Virus record (IMG/VR): IMGVR_UViG_3300027659_000019
Source of the DNA: an uncultured virus (IMG/VR IMGVR_UViG_3300027659_000019)
Lineage: Duplodnaviria; Heunggongvirae; Uroviricota; Caudoviricetes
DNA length: 64,000 bases
Strand: one strand, 5' to 3'
The translations under genes were made by a program, and so were the position numbers. The notes below the pieces were generated by a model that saw only the letters and a program-made list of their open reading frames with translations, searched no databases and had not been told where the DNA came from. This document shows positions 7,890 to 18,243 of the stretch, piece by piece; the stretch's first letter is position 1, and each line of letters opens with the position of its first letter.

Positions 7890-7984
7890 TAAAATCCTCC
7901 GAGTAGTAGCAAAATAGAGACATGACACAAAGCCTATCAAACGTACAATTTGGCGCACAGTCATCTGTAACTAAGATTGGCGCT

Positions 7985-8059
7985 ATGCCTCTATCACGCA
8001 AGTTTGATGGCCCCTCTTCTGGGGACGATACCCCTGCTTCAAGCAAGGATCAAGGATGA
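7985..8059 (+). CDS. Possible 24-aa leaderless peptide
   Basis: MPLSRKFDGPSSGDDTPASSKDQG*; TAAGAT 7 nt upstream; stop overlaps the next ATG. Confidence 0.35.
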   Translation: MPLSRKFDGPSSGDDTPASSKDQG

Positions 8060-8256
8060 TTACTACTACAGATCATCCTTTAACTGCTGAACACCGCTGC
8101 GATAAGTGCGATGCACAAGCAATGGTTCGAGCAACACTAGTAAGCGGCTTGTTGTATTTTTGTGGACATCACGGGCGTGAGATAAGTGAAAAATTAATCT
8201 CATCTTCTATCCACGTGTACGATCCAGAAGGGGTATTTACATATGCCAATCGGTGA
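8056..8256 (+). CDS. Small actinobacterial-type zinc-binding protein
   Basis: LTAEHRCDKCDAQAMVR...LYFCGHH. Confidence 0.75.
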   Translation: MITTTDHPLTAEHRCDKCDAQAMVRATLVSGLLYFCGHHGREISEKLISSSIHVYDPEGVFTYANR

Positions 8257-8584
8257 TGGTTATTTTGGTAGCCCAAAAGGAACCTTTGGAAAATATTTAA
8301 CAGGTCCAGCAACAACACCTTTATCTGCTCAATTTGCAACATCAACAAATATTGAAGAACAACAACGCCGCCGATACAAGCGCAGACACGAATCAGGTTT
8401 TGTAGGGAACGGTTACACTTGGGGATACCCATATGTTGTTGGAACTTTAGGTGCAAACGCTTACCAAGATCCAGATGCAAACCGTGGAGAATCTGCAGGC
8501 AGTGGTACTGAAGTTGCTTCTGCTACGGATGGTATGGGTGTTGGCGGAACTGCCGCTGGTTTTGTAGGTGGTTTAGGTTCATGA
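8243..8584 (+). CDS. Hypothetical Gly-rich protein
   Basis: ORF track; contains PLSAQF. Confidence 0.65.
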   Translation: MPIGDGYFGSPKGTFGKYLTGPATTPLSAQFATSTNIEEQQRRRYKRRHESGFVGNGYTWGYPYVVGTLGANAYQDPDANRGESAGSGTEVASATDGMGVGGTAAGFVGGLGS

Positions 8585-8787
8585 TAGACCGTAGACCATT
8601 AATGATTAATCAACGCCGTAATATTAAACAACATTTTAATTACTCTCCAGATTTTTCACCTAAATCAAAAGCAGAATCAAGTATTGTTTCTTGGGCAGAA
8701 CGTGGTCGTGGTGTACAAGGTGAGTCAGTAAACTCAAAGAGTACTAACGACAAGTTTATCGTTAATAAAAATTGGAAACCGCTATAA
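8581..8787 (+). CDS. Hypothetical protein
   Basis: ORF track; ATGA overlap. Confidence 0.55.
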   Translation: MIDRRPLMINQRRNIKQHFNYSPDFSPKSKAESSIVSWAERGRGVQGESVNSKSTNDKFIVNKNWKPL

Positions 8788-8826
8788 TTTAACTATTGAG
8801 GGCTTAAAGAATTCCGAGGGGAATAC

Positions 8827-10701
8827 TTGAAAGCATTGCGTAAATTCGCAGCATTATCTGTCATAACATACGCAGCATTTTTTCCGTTACTATTTCCAAC
8901 ACCTGCATCAGCAGCAGAAGGCTTGACTGCCCAGGTTCACAACGTGCTGGGACAAAATGGCTCTCCTTACATACCGCAGGGAGATACCGCAACAGTAACA
9001 ACAAATGTATCTAACATTGACTTTCAATGGGGTAGTGGCAGTGTCCTTGGTGGTCCATCAGAAGATGTCATTGTAAGATTTACTGGGTCTATACGCAGTA
9101 ACACAACTCAAGACATATCATTTTTAGCAACAGCAGACGACGGTACAAGGCTGTACATTGATGGAGTTTTAGTAACAGATGACTGGGTTGACAAAGGTGG
9201 TGGGGGAACAATCTCTTCTCCAGTACCCTTTACAGCAGGAATCCCAAAGACCATAGAGTTAATGTATTATGAGAATGGTGGTGGTGCCTGGGTTCAATTA
9301 CTGTGGGATCAATCTGGATCAATGCAGGTTATTCCAACAGAAGCCTTCACTTCACAAGCAGCCCCAGTTGTTAAAACTATTGGTCCCCCAAGAAATTTAA
9401 CTATAGCGAGTAGCGATACATCAACAGTGTTAACTTGGGAAGCACCAGACACTGGAAACACACAGCCAGAAAGATATGCAATAAGTTTTAACTGTTCTGG
9501 GTGCAATGGTTGGGGGATTGCCACTGGAAATGTTGGCGGACCAAATTCTTTAAATACAACAATAACAATTGACCATTCCTTGCTAGATGGCCTTCGCCCT
9601 GCAGGAACAGTGTGGTCATTTCATATTAGATCAGATAACGATACGTTAGCGCTTTACTCTGAAAATTCAAATGTTGTTACTGGGTCTACGTATGTAGCAC
9701 CAACACCTACACCTACTCCAACGCCAACACCTACTCCAACGCCAACACCTACTCCAACGCCAACACCTACTCCAACGGCGACCGTTGAGCCTCAGCCCAC
9801 TCCGACTCCCACACCCACACCAGAACCAACGCCCCAGCCAACACCAACGGCGACACCAACACCAACACCAACACCAACACCAACACCAACCCCAGAACCA
9901 AATCCATCTCCTACTCCTTCTCCCACTCCAACGGTAGTTCCAGTTGAGCCCACCCCGACTCCAGAACCTCAACCTTCTCCTCAGCCAACACCAACGCCTG
10001 AGCCAACTCCTGAGCCAACTCCTGAGCCAACTCCTGAGCCAACTCCTGAGCCAACTCCTGATCCGTCTCCTGAACCAAGTGTGACTCCAGACCCTGAGCC
10101 AACGCCTGAACCTGAGCCATCACCAGACCCAACACCTGAACCTGAACCTGAGCCAACTCCTGAACCTTCTCCTGAGCCAACGCCAGAACCCGAACCAACT
10201 CCTGAACCTGAGCCATCTCCTGAGCCATCTCCTGAGCCATCTGAACCTCCAATTGTAGAAGAAGAATCTACTGTAGCAGAAGAGGTAGAAGAAGCAGTAG
10301 CAGATGCTTTGGCAGATGGAGTAGTTACTGAAGCAGAAAAAGAAATTATTGCTGACGCGTTAGTTGCAACCCTTGCTCCAGGTGAGGCTCTTACTGCCGC
10401 AGAAATTGCAGATGCTGGAATTACTTACGCAGATCTTCCTGCAGAGACCCCTGTGGAAGTTCGTACTGACGAAAACGGCGAGGCAATTGTTATTACTGCA
10501 GAAGTTGCGGATGCATTAACGCTTGTTGAAAATCCCGCAGATCTTTTGGGCGCTGTTTTTTCAGACCCAGAAAAGGCTCTTCTTGCCTTGTTTAGCGTTG
10601 GAGCCGATATGTCTCCAACTGAAAGAGAAGAATCACAGCAAGTAGTTGTTGCCGCAATCATCGTGGGAACAATCGCAACCCTATCCATAAGGAGAATGTA
10701 A
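8827..10701 (+). CDS. Secreted/membrane-anchored protein: signal peptide, PA14, FN3, Pro-Thr/Pro-Glu stalk, C-terminal TM
   Basis: Signal peptide ending ASA; IDFQWG...[11 protein letters not shown]...YYENGGGA (PA14); PPRNL..LTWEAP (FN3); long PT/PE tract; [11 protein letters not shown]. Confidence 0.8.
9700..10250 (+). repeat. Coding tandem repeats: 18-bp ACACCTACTCCAACGCCA and 12-bp CCTGAGCCAACT units
   Basis: Visible directly; encode (PT)n and (PEPT)n. Confidence 0.9.
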
Positions 10702-10868
10702 TGAAAGACTTCCTAAATGACATGATTGGCCAAGTTTTTACAATCCTTGGTTTCTATGTTGCATGGGTAACCCTTGATGGGTCAGCAAAACCTGTGGTTC
10801 TTCAAGCCACTGTTTTCTGCCTATTTATTTGGGTTTTGTCCTATCCACTACGCCGTAATAAGGAATAA
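10701..10868 (+). CDS. Small two-TM membrane protein, 55 aa
   Basis: [60 protein letters not shown] coupling. Confidence 0.65.
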   Translation: MKDFLNDMIGQVFTILGFYVAWVTLDGSAKPVVLQATVFCLFIWVLSYPLRRNKE

Positions 10869-10902
10869 TTCCTTCCGTGCGTCCATTTAAGGAGAACCAT
10901 TA

Positions 10903-11262
10903 GTGACAACCACTTTTGCAACCATAGGCATCATTGCAGGTGCCCTCATTAGTATAGGAATTCTCTTGAGTCCTTTTTACAAGAAGTTGAAGCGATGGTC
11001 TGCGTGGTTTGAGCGATTTATGCGGGATTGGGAAGGCGAAGAAGAGGAGCCAGGCCGCGCTCGCGTGCCTGGGGTAATGGAGCGCCTTAACAAGTTAGAC
11101 GGCGAGTTAAGCAACAACGGTGGCAGCACAACCAAGGATAAAGTCGACCAACTGCATGACAATCAAGCAATCTTTATGAAAAGCGTCTCTGAACGTTTAT
11201 CTGCTATTGAAAATTGCCTAACGGTTACCCCCACAGACGGCCCTAAACAAGAGAAGATATAA
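10903..11262 (+). CDS. Membrane protein (N-terminal TM plus coiled coil), possibly lysis-related
   Basis: Hydrophobic N-terminus; RDWEGE...PGVMERL. Confidence 0.7.
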   Translation: MTTTFATIGIIAGALISIGILLSPFYKKLKRWSAWFERFMRDWEGEEEEPGRARVPGVMERLNKLDGELSNNGGSTTKDKVDQLHDNQAIFMKSVSERLSAIENCLTVTPTDGPKQEKI

Positions 11263-11264
11263 CC

Positions 11265-11624
11265 ATGGCAAATGTTCCAGCAGGTCGCGGTAACGCTTTT
11301 GCGACACTTTATGGTGTTGCAAATTCACTGATGTCTCAAGTTGGCGGCCCTCAACAAGGCTCAATAAATCAAATTGCGCAAATGGCCGCAATGCACCACG
11401 CATCGCTGGATAATCAGAGTCACCAAGCAGAGTTACAAGAAACTGCTTTAGCAAATGAACATAGCCGTAGGATCCAATTTTTTGATTCTATAATGAAACA
11501 CGCACAACCAGAAACTGTAGTAAGTTTCAAACACAGAGATATGTCCCTATCCCTTACTAAATCACCGACAGCCCCAGGTCGAGTCCCTGTTAAAAAGAAC
11601 AGGGGAGGAAAAAAGAAACGATAA
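11265..11624 (+). CDS. Hypothetical protein
   Basis: ORF track; basic C-terminus. Confidence 0.65.
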   Translation: MANVPAGRGNAFATLYGVANSLMSQVGGPQQGSINQIAQMAAMHHASLDNQSHQAELQETALANEHSRRIQFFDSIMKHAQPETVVSFKHRDMSLSLTKSPTAPGRVPVKKNRGGKKKR

Positions 11625-11649
11625 TGCCTTTTGGCAATAAGGAGAACAA

Positions 11650-11943
11650 ATGATTTGTGCAAGTTGTAAAAAAGATGCGATGTTTGAGTACCGTTTAACA
11701 CGTGGAAAATCGATCTTTTATTGTGGCACCCATTTACCTAGGTTTTTAGAGCCACAACGCAAAGCAGGATTGTTAAAGATTACAGAGAGCCATGCTACAA
11801 ATGAGGCTTCTGCCCTTGCAGCGTTGTCTGGGACCCCCGTTACTCCTGTAGAAGAACCAGAAGTTACTGAAGACGTTTCATTTGTTGAAACTCCAGTTAC
11901 CACCACAACTGTAAAGAAAACTACTAAAAAGTCTGCAAAATAA
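11650..11943 (+). CDS. Hypothetical zinc-finger protein
   Basis: CASC...YCGTHLP; AAGGAG RBS. Confidence 0.7.
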   Translation: MICASCKKDAMFEYRLTRGKSIFYCGTHLPRFLEPQRKAGLLKITESHATNEASALAALSGTPVTPVEEPEVTEDVSFVETPVTTTTVKKTTKKSAK

Positions 11944-12186
11944 ATGAAGTTAATTCGCAAGTTCGCGATGCAGGGACATGCTGTACCATCGGGAGTGCAC
12001 AGTCCTAGAGGACCGTTTCCGCCTGAAGTTTTAGCCCAACCTCGGATGGATTACGGCGATCAACACTCGGATTCCTTACACGTTGGATTAGATGATGTAC
12101 GCTTCTTCAAATGCAGGGCTTGCGAAGAAGTACTTTTAGAGACTGAACTAACCAATCATGATTGTGAGGAAATAAATGGCTACTAA
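11944..12186 (+). CDS. Hypothetical protein with C-terminal zinc finger
   Basis: FKCRAC...NHDC. Confidence 0.65.
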   Translation: MKLIRKFAMQGHAVPSGVHSPRGPFPPEVLAQPRMDYGDQHSDSLHVGLDDVRFFKCRACEEVLLETELTNHDCEEINGY

Positions 12187-12877
12187 TAACAACGGTAATC
12201 TTCTAGATACCGCAGGTGAAGTTGCAATTGACTTTGTATGGGGAAATTTCCCTATTCAACCAAACGACGCTCGTCCAGATGCAGCAAGTGCAACTCTTTC
12301 GACAACAGTCGCTACAAGAGTAGCAGGTCGTCTAGACCCAGCAGCAGATAACCACATCATCGCTCTTTCAGGATGGAATGGTTTTCCACTTTACAACCCA
12401 GATACAGCAGGTGAAGATGTAGTTGGTGCAACCGACTATGTACTCGTACCTTCAGTACTCGGTCTTACAACAACAGAGGCAGTTGACGCAATGAAGGATG
12501 CTTCATTGACAGTTACAACCGCAGCAGGAGCAGTAAACGCTGCTTCAACAATCACAGCAGTATCACGTACAGGTACAGCAGCAACAATCACCTCAACAGG
12601 TGCTGGTGCTAAGTACCCAGTAGGTACAAAGATCACTGTTGCATCTCTTGCGTCTCCAAATACTGACCTAAACGGTACTTGGACAGTCACAGCAGTTGCT
12701 ACAAACTCAGTGTCGTTCACAACTACAACTACAGGAGCCCTGTCAACATCAGGACTTACAGTTGCTGGTTTGACTGGCGCAGCAGCAACAATCAAGACTC
12801 AATCTCTTGCAGCAGGTGCAAACTCAATTGCTCCAGCAGCAGCAGTAACAGTTACACCTTGGGCAACAGCGTCATAA
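12176..12877 (+). CDS. Putative virion structural protein (Ala/Thr-rich, PASTA-like segment)
   Basis: LVPSVLGLTTTEAVDAM; codon usage like the major capsid gene. Confidence 0.6.
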   Translation: MATNNNGNLLDTAGEVAIDFVWGNFPIQPNDARPDAASATLSTTVATRVAGRLDPAADNHIIALSGWNGFPLYNPDTAGEDVVGATDYVLVPSVLGLTTTEAVDAMKDASLTVTTAAGAVNAASTITAVSRTGTAATITSTGAGAKYPVGTKITVASLASPNTDLNGTWTVTAVATNSVSFTTTTTGALSTSGLTVAGLTGAAATIKTQSLAAGANSIAPAAAVTVTPWATAS

Positions 12878-12891
12878 TTTAGGGGTTTAAT

Positions 12892-13527
12892 ATGGTTCGT
12901 CCGTCAGGCGGTGCAGCACGTGGTCAGAAGATCTCTGCGCCGCCTGCGGGCGACCTAAACCTTCAAATAGGTAATCAGTTTGGGCCTCGTCAATTAGCGG
13001 GCATTGCAAAGATAACAGGATTAGATTTTGGCGGAATTCCTACCGCCGCATCATCAGGTGAATTTGGTGAGTACCAAGACATCATCTCGTTGATGAAAGA
13101 AAAAGCAACATTAAATTTTTACGACCCTAGTACGGGCGTAGCATTTCAAAATTATGGTGAGACTCCAGATATGGAAGATGAAGGGCCAGCAGAACTCTCT
13201 GTTGTACCTACTTCAACAATAAACCCAGAACGACCACGCACAGTAGCCGCTGGCTACGACAAAGAAAACAATAAAATTACAGTAGTTTTTCGTGACGGAA
13301 CGTACTACAACTATTACCAAGTAGACCCAAACGAATGGCAAGCATTTAAAGCACGCGTTTCCAAGGGTCGTTACATTTACAATTACTTAGACTCCAAGCC
13401 TCGTGGCCCTGCAGACATCGCAGGTATCTCAGCCACTGCTCAAAGAGCCTTTTATAGAATTGCTCGTGCAAGTCAGATACACTATAAAGGTCGACCAGGA
13501 AAACCCCCTAAACCAAAGAAACCGTGA
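12892..13527 (+). CDS. KTSC-domain protein
   Basis: AGYDKENNKITVVFRDGTYYNYYQV...WQAFKARVSKGRYI. Confidence 0.75.
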   Translation: MVRPSGGAARGQKISAPPAGDLNLQIGNQFGPRQLAGIAKITGLDFGGIPTAASSGEFGEYQDIISLMKEKATLNFYDPSTGVAFQNYGETPDMEDEGPAELSVVPTSTINPERPRTVAAGYDKENNKITVVFRDGTYYNYYQVDPNEWQAFKARVSKGRYIYNYLDSKPRGPADIAGISATAQRAFYRIARASQIHYKGRPGKPPKPKKP

Positions 13528-13528
13528 T

Positions 13529-13924
13529 ATGCCCAAGGTACACAACATCGGATCAAATCATTTTGTTCAGTTCACTAAGTTCCCATACACCTGGGGTAGT
13601 AAGTTACTCGTACGTGGTTGGACACAAGAAATTGAAGAACCTTACAGAACTTCTCAACCATTCATAGTAAGATTGCCTGGATATAAAGCATTAGTACTTG
13701 GACGTTGGAGTGGTATGAGAAACGAAGAAGAGGCCTTAAACGGAGCACTAGAAAGACGGGATGTTACATACGATGATTTTACGGAAAAAGCAGGATGGAC
13801 CGCCCCAGAGCAAAGTAGAGAAGCGGGTCGCCAGGATATCTACTCCCGATTTGATCTTATGGATGGAGCAATCGATGTACATATTGGGCAAGAACTTGAC
13901 AGGTTGGCAAAAACATCAGAGTGA
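13529..13924 (+). CDS. Hypothetical protein
   Basis: Start moved to ATG 13529, directly after the upstream stop. Confidence 0.6.
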   Translation: MPKVHNIGSNHFVQFTKFPYTWGSKLLVRGWTQEIEEPYRTSQPFIVRLPGYKALVLGRWSGMRNEEEALNGALERRDVTYDDFTEKAGWTAPEQSREAGRQDIYSRFDLMDGAIDVHIGQELDRLAKTSE

Positions 13925-14000
13925 CGCTGATTTAGACGAACTGCTTATGGGCGCAGAAGCGTTCTACGCAATTGCTAAAGAATTAAAGAAACGCTCTTAA
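13761..14000 (+). CDS. Hypothetical protein directly upstream of the terminase
   Basis: Stop abuts the terminase ATG; overlaps the previous ORF; start uncertain. Confidence 0.55.
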   Translation: MLHTMILRKKQDGPPQSKVEKRVARISTPDLILWMEQSMYILGKNLTGWQKHQSDADLDELLMGAEAFYAIAKELKKRS

Positions 14001-15587
14001 ATGGCAGAAGAATACGACGACCAAAAATTTGAAGAGATCAACCCAGAATTTTATCAAAATGATGAAAAACCTGTTGATGACCCTCTTGATGAACAACTAG
14101 ACGAACTTTCACAACAGTTTGTTGAAAAATTAATTGACAAAATGATGGATTTTTTAAAGGTCCTTGTTGGTCACGATCTTCACCCATACCAAAAACCTTT
14201 GGCTCGTCGTATCATGGAATCTGTAATTATTAACGATGGCGAAGAAGTAACGGCACTTGCTGCACGCCAGTCTGGTAAATCTGAAATTGTTGCCGACACA
14301 GTAGCCACACTTATGGTTCTTCTTCCTCGTTTGGCAAAACTGTACCCCGATTTGCTTAGTAAATTTAAAGACGGTTTATGGGTAGGACTTTTTGCACCTA
14401 CAGAGACACAGGCGGAAACCCTGTACGGAAGAACAGTAAACCGCCTTACCTCTGAGCGTGCGATAGAGATTATGGGTGACGCAGAGATTGACGACGCCGC
14501 TATTCGTGTAGGAGGAGTTACACGCCAAATTCGACTTAAAAAGTCAGGCTCTACAATCACAATGATGACCGCTAACCCACGGGCTAAAATTGAGTCTAAG
14601 TCTTTCCACCTTATTATTATTGACGAGTGCCAAGAAGCAGATGACTTTGTAGTATCTAAGTCAATCTCCCCAATGCTTGCTTACTACGCTGGAACAATGG
14701 TTAAAACAGGCACACCAACAACAAGCAAAAACAACTTTTATAAGTCTATTCAATTAAATAAACGGAGACAAACAACGCGAGGAAATAGACAAAACCATTT
14801 TCAATGGGATTGGAAAGAAGTTTCTAAGGTTAATCTTAATTATGAAAAGTTTATTAAAAAAGAAATGTTACGTATTGGAGAGGATTCTGATGAGTTCCAA
14901 ATGTCCTACAACTGCAAATGGCTTCTTGAAAGAGGCATGTTTATTACTTCGAACGCTATGGATGAGTTGGGCGACACTTCTCAGGAATTGGTCAAGGTAT
15001 GGCATAAAACCCCAGTCGTTGTCGGCATCGACCCTGCTCGTAAAACTGACTCTACAGTCGTTACTGTGGTTTGGGTTGATTGGGATCGTCCTGACGAGTT
15101 TGGTTATTTTGATCATCGTGTCCTTAACTGGTTAGAAATGCAAGGAGACGATTGGGAAGAGCAATACTTTCAAATCGTAAACTTCCTCAGTAACTACGAC
15201 GTTCTTGCAGTTGGGGTAGACGCAAACGGTGTTGGTGACGCAGTAGCCCAACGTTTAAAACTTCTTCTTCCTAGAACCGAAGTTATGCCAGTAACCTCCA
15301 GCCCTTCTGAACAGTCAAAGAGATGGAAGCACTTACAGGCCCTTATCCAAAGAAAAATGATTGCTTGGCCTGCGCATGCAAAAACACGCCGACTTCGTAC
15401 TTGGAAGCGGTTTTACCAGCAAATGACAGATGCCGAAGTTCAATACAAAGGACCAAACTTTTTGGTAGCAGCACCTGACGAAAACTACGCTCACGATGAC
15501 TTTGTAGACTCTTTGTCAATTGCTTGTGCCTTAACTCAAGATTTAGTCATGCCAGAAGTAGTTGCTTCTAGCAATCCTTTTTTCTAG
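14001..15587 (+). CDS. terL: Terminase large subunit
   Basis: Walker A AARQSGKS, Walker B IIIDE, TGTP, nuclease VGIDPA...HDDFVDS. Confidence 0.92.
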   Translation: MAEEYDDQKFEEINPEFYQNDEKPVDDPLDEQLDELSQQFVEKLIDKMMDFLKVLVGHDLHPYQKPLARRIMESVIINDGEEVTALAARQSGKSEIVADTVATLMVLLPRLAKLYPDLLSKFKDGLWVGLFAPTETQAETLYGRTVNRLTSERAIEIMGDAEIDDAAIRVGGVTRQIRLKKSGSTITMMTANPRAKIESKSFHLIIIDECQEADDFVVSKSISPMLAYYAGTMVKTGTPTTSKNNFYKSIQLNKRRQTTRGNRQNHFQWDWKEVSKVNLNYEKFIKKEMLRIGEDSDEFQMSYNCKWLLERGMFITSNAMDELGDTSQELVKVWHKTPVVVGIDPARKTDSTVVTVVWVDWDRPDEFGYFDHRVLNWLEMQGDDWEEQYFQIVNFLSNYDVLAVGVDANGVGDAVAQRLKLLLPRTEVMPVTSSPSEQSKRWKHLQALIQRKMIAWPAHAKTRRLRTWKRFYQQMTDAEVQYKGPNFLVAAPDENYAHDDFVDSLSIACALTQDLVMPEVVASSNPFF

Positions 15588-15667
15588 TTCGACCACACAG
15601 ACCACCTAAAAAGGTGGAAACTATTACCTAGGAAAAGGCCTTTCCACAACATCCTTAAGGAGTCTAA

Positions 15668-16063
15668 ATGACAATTTCACCAGCACCTCGCTTACCAGAG
15701 CGTGCACCTCAGATTTACGAAATGAAGGGCGCAGATAACGCAACTCGCCGTGGACCACTTCGCTTTGAAGAAGGCGTTGCAACAGATACAGATGTTCCTA
15801 ATGATTTTATCAAGGGAATGCAATCTGGATCAGCAGTTGCTCCAGGACGTCCAAACCGCAATGCCCCAGTATGGCAAAAGTCCGCTGCTGAAACTCTTTC
15901 AGAGCGTGCACACGTAGGTTCTGCTGCCTGGGTTGAAGCACCAACGTTCCTAGGTGAGTTCGCACATGGAACAATGAACGATTATTCTGCTGCTCAAATT
16001 GAGACAGTTGTTCGTTCTGGCGGTCGCACACAGCGTCCAAACGCAACAGTCGTAAACGACTAA
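15668..16063 (+). CDS. Hypothetical (likely virion) protein
   Basis: AAGGAG RBS; lies between terminase and portal. Confidence 0.75.
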   Translation: MTISPAPRLPERAPQIYEMKGADNATRRGPLRFEEGVATDTDVPNDFIKGMQSGSAVAPGRPNRNAPVWQKSAAETLSERAHVGSAAWVEAPTFLGEFAHGTMNDYSAAQIETVVRSGGRTQRPNATVVND

Positions 16064-16081
16064 TTTAATACTGACGCCGAG

Positions 16082-16107
16082 TTGCCCCTGCACTAATGTG
16101 GGGGCAA
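16082..16107 (+). terminator. Stem-loop
   Basis: TTGCCCC...GGGGCAA inverted repeat after the stop codon. Confidence 0.4.
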
Positions 16108-16129
16108 TAAGGCTATCTTTGGAGGAGAT

Positions 16130-16375
16130 ATGAAGAAACCCGCTAACCCTAAGTTGTATGCAATGATCGTTGCACAAGCACGGGCTAAGTATTCTTCGTA
16201 CCCAAATCCTGGCGCATCAGCGTGGGTCCATAAGAAGTACGTTCAATCTGGTGGACAGTTTATTGAGACCACTGAAGCAACACGTCGTGCAGGTATGGAA
16301 AAGAAAAAAATAGACGCAAAGAAGCGCAAACACCTTGAAGAGAAAAAAAACGATAAGGATAAAGGCAAGAAGTAA
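16130..16375 (+). CDS. Small basic protein
   Basis: KPANPKLY...YVQSGG, Lys-rich tail; GGAGG RBS. Confidence 0.75.
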   Translation: MKKPANPKLYAMIVAQARAKYSSYPNPGASAWVHKKYVQSGGQFIETTEATRRAGMEKKKIDAKKRKHLEEKKNDKDKGKK

Positions 16376-18111
16376 TGTCATTTCTTGATTTTAGTCCTCC
16401 CTCGTATAGAGCGGCTTCCTCTGACTTAACGATCTCTATTTCGCCGTTAGGGTTAGTAGAACTTGCGGATGAAGAGTTTGAAGTACACGGTCCACGCCTA
16501 AACCGTTATTCATTGAACTGGGCAATGTACCTTGGCCATCACTGGGGTTACCGCCGTGAACAAGGCGAAATGCAGATTGCGGTTAATTACTACCGTGCAT
16601 TTAATGATTATCTTTCACGTTTTACATTTGGTAACGGTGTGCACTTCCGTTCACCAAAGGCTACAGAAGCAATTGTTCCAGACCGCTTAGAGCGTATTTG
16701 GGAAGTAGACAACGACAAAATGCGTGTCCTTCTTGAAATAGGTCAACAGGGCGGAATTACAGGCGACGTATTCATTAAGGTTGCTTACGAAGAGCCTTGG
16801 ACAGACTCTGCTGGACACTTCCACCCTGGTCGTGTTCGCTTACTTCCAATGAACTCTTCTTTTTGTTTCCCTGAGTTCCACCCTCACGATCGCTCACGCC
16901 TGTTGCGTTTTAAACAGAAATATCGTTTCTGGGGAACATCCTTAGAAGGTACGCGACAAGTATTTACTTACACTGAAATTCTTACAGACGATGTAATTGA
17001 AGAGTACGTTAACGATGAGTTGATTGACTCTCGTCCAAATCCACTTGGGTTAATTCCTGTGGTGCACATTCCAAATGTGCCAGTATCTGGTTCTCCATGG
17101 GGTCTCTCCGACGCGCATGACATCATCACTATCAACCGTGCATACAACGAAATTAGCACTGATGTCGCTGACATCATTAACTACCACGCATCACCTGTAA
17201 CAGTAATCGTGGGTGCTAAAGCCTCTAACTTAGAAAAAGGCGCTAAGAAGGTTTGGGGCGGTCTTCCAAAAGATGCTCAAGTCTTCAACTTAGAAGGCGG
17301 TGCACAAGGTATCGAAGGAGCCTTGAAGTACCTAGAACTTTTAAAGCGCTCAATGCATGAAGTAATGAACATCCCAGAAACCGCACTGGGGCAAGTTCAA
17401 GCAATTTCAAATACTTCTGGTGTTGCTCTTTCTATTCAGTATCAGCCATTGATGAACCGCTATTCACAAAAGGTTGCTCAATACGGTAAGGGCATTGAAC
17501 AGGTAAACCAGTTAGCCTTACGTACTTTGTTTCTAAAAGAACCAGAAACAATGCTTTACAACCCTGATGAGGACGGCCCAATTAAAGAGGGTCAGTATCC
17601 ACAGTTGGATCCAAACGACCCTATTTCTTATCAGAACTACGCACACTTCCCACAACCTTTGCCACTAGACAAGTTAATTGCTCTTAATGAGATTCAAACC
17701 AAGTTAGGTATGGGACTTGAGTCTAAAGAAGGCGCACTTCGCACTCTTGGAGAAGAATTCCCTGAAGAAAAACTTGAAGAAATTAGAGCAGAACTGATTG
17801 CCGATGCTGAAGCAGACGGCGCTTTGCAACTTGTTAAGATTCAAATTCAAAAGGCAATTATGGATATGACTGGCATGATGCCAGGTCCTGACGGAACCTC
17901 AGCCATCCCAATGCAGCCAACCCAACTTGGCGATGGAGACATCATGGGAGACGGAATTGACGGCGCTCCAACGCCTGACAACATAGAGAACCCTGAAAAC
18001 CAAGCCTCTCAGGGAATGGCTCAAGAAGCCGAAGCAGGTATAAGAAACAAACTTGTCACTGATGCCTATGGAACGAAACTTCCTCAAAGGAGATCAGTCG
18101 ACAAGGAATAA
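16375..18111 (+). CDS. Portal protein (SPP1 gp6-like)
   Basis: Size and position after terL; NPLGLIPVVHIPN, SGVALSIQYQPL. Confidence 0.85.
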   Translation: MSFLDFSPPSYRAASSDLTISISPLGLVELADEEFEVHGPRLNRYSLNWAMYLGHHWGYRREQGEMQIAVNYYRAFNDYLSRFTFGNGVHFRSPKATEAIVPDRLERIWEVDNDKMRVLLEIGQQGGITGDVFIKVAYEEPWTDSAGHFHPGRVRLLPMNSSFCFPEFHPHDRSRLLRFKQKYRFWGTSLEGTRQVFTYTEILTDDVIEEYVNDELIDSRPNPLGLIPVVHIPNVPVSGSPWGLSDAHDIITINRAYNEISTDVADIINYHASPVTVIVGAKASNLEKGAKKVWGGLPKDAQVFNLEGGAQGIEGALKYLELLKRSMHEVMNIPETALGQVQAISNTSGVALSIQYQPLMNRYSQKVAQYGKGIEQVNQLALRTLFLKEPETMLYNPDEDGPIKEGQYPQLDPNDPISYQNYAHFPQPLPLDKLIALNEIQTKLGMGLESKEGALRTLGEEFPEEKLEEIRAELIADAEADGALQLVKIQIQKAIMDMTGMMPGPDGTSAIPMQPTQLGDGDIMGDGIDGAPTPDNIENPENQASQGMAQEAEAGIRNKLVTDAYGTKLPQRRSVDKE

Positions 18112-18243
18112 AGATTCCTGATAAAAATCAGGATATAGCGAGACAAATGCGCAAAAATGTAATGCAATTATCTCGTAATAACCAATAACGTGCTACGCCG
18201 AAAGGCATTTGGACAACGACCTAAGAAAGATAAGTGAATACTT

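Noticed and set aside
9667..10252. Minus-strand ORFs with WC and QELA repeats
   Set aside because: Antisense shadows of the PT/PE coding repeats
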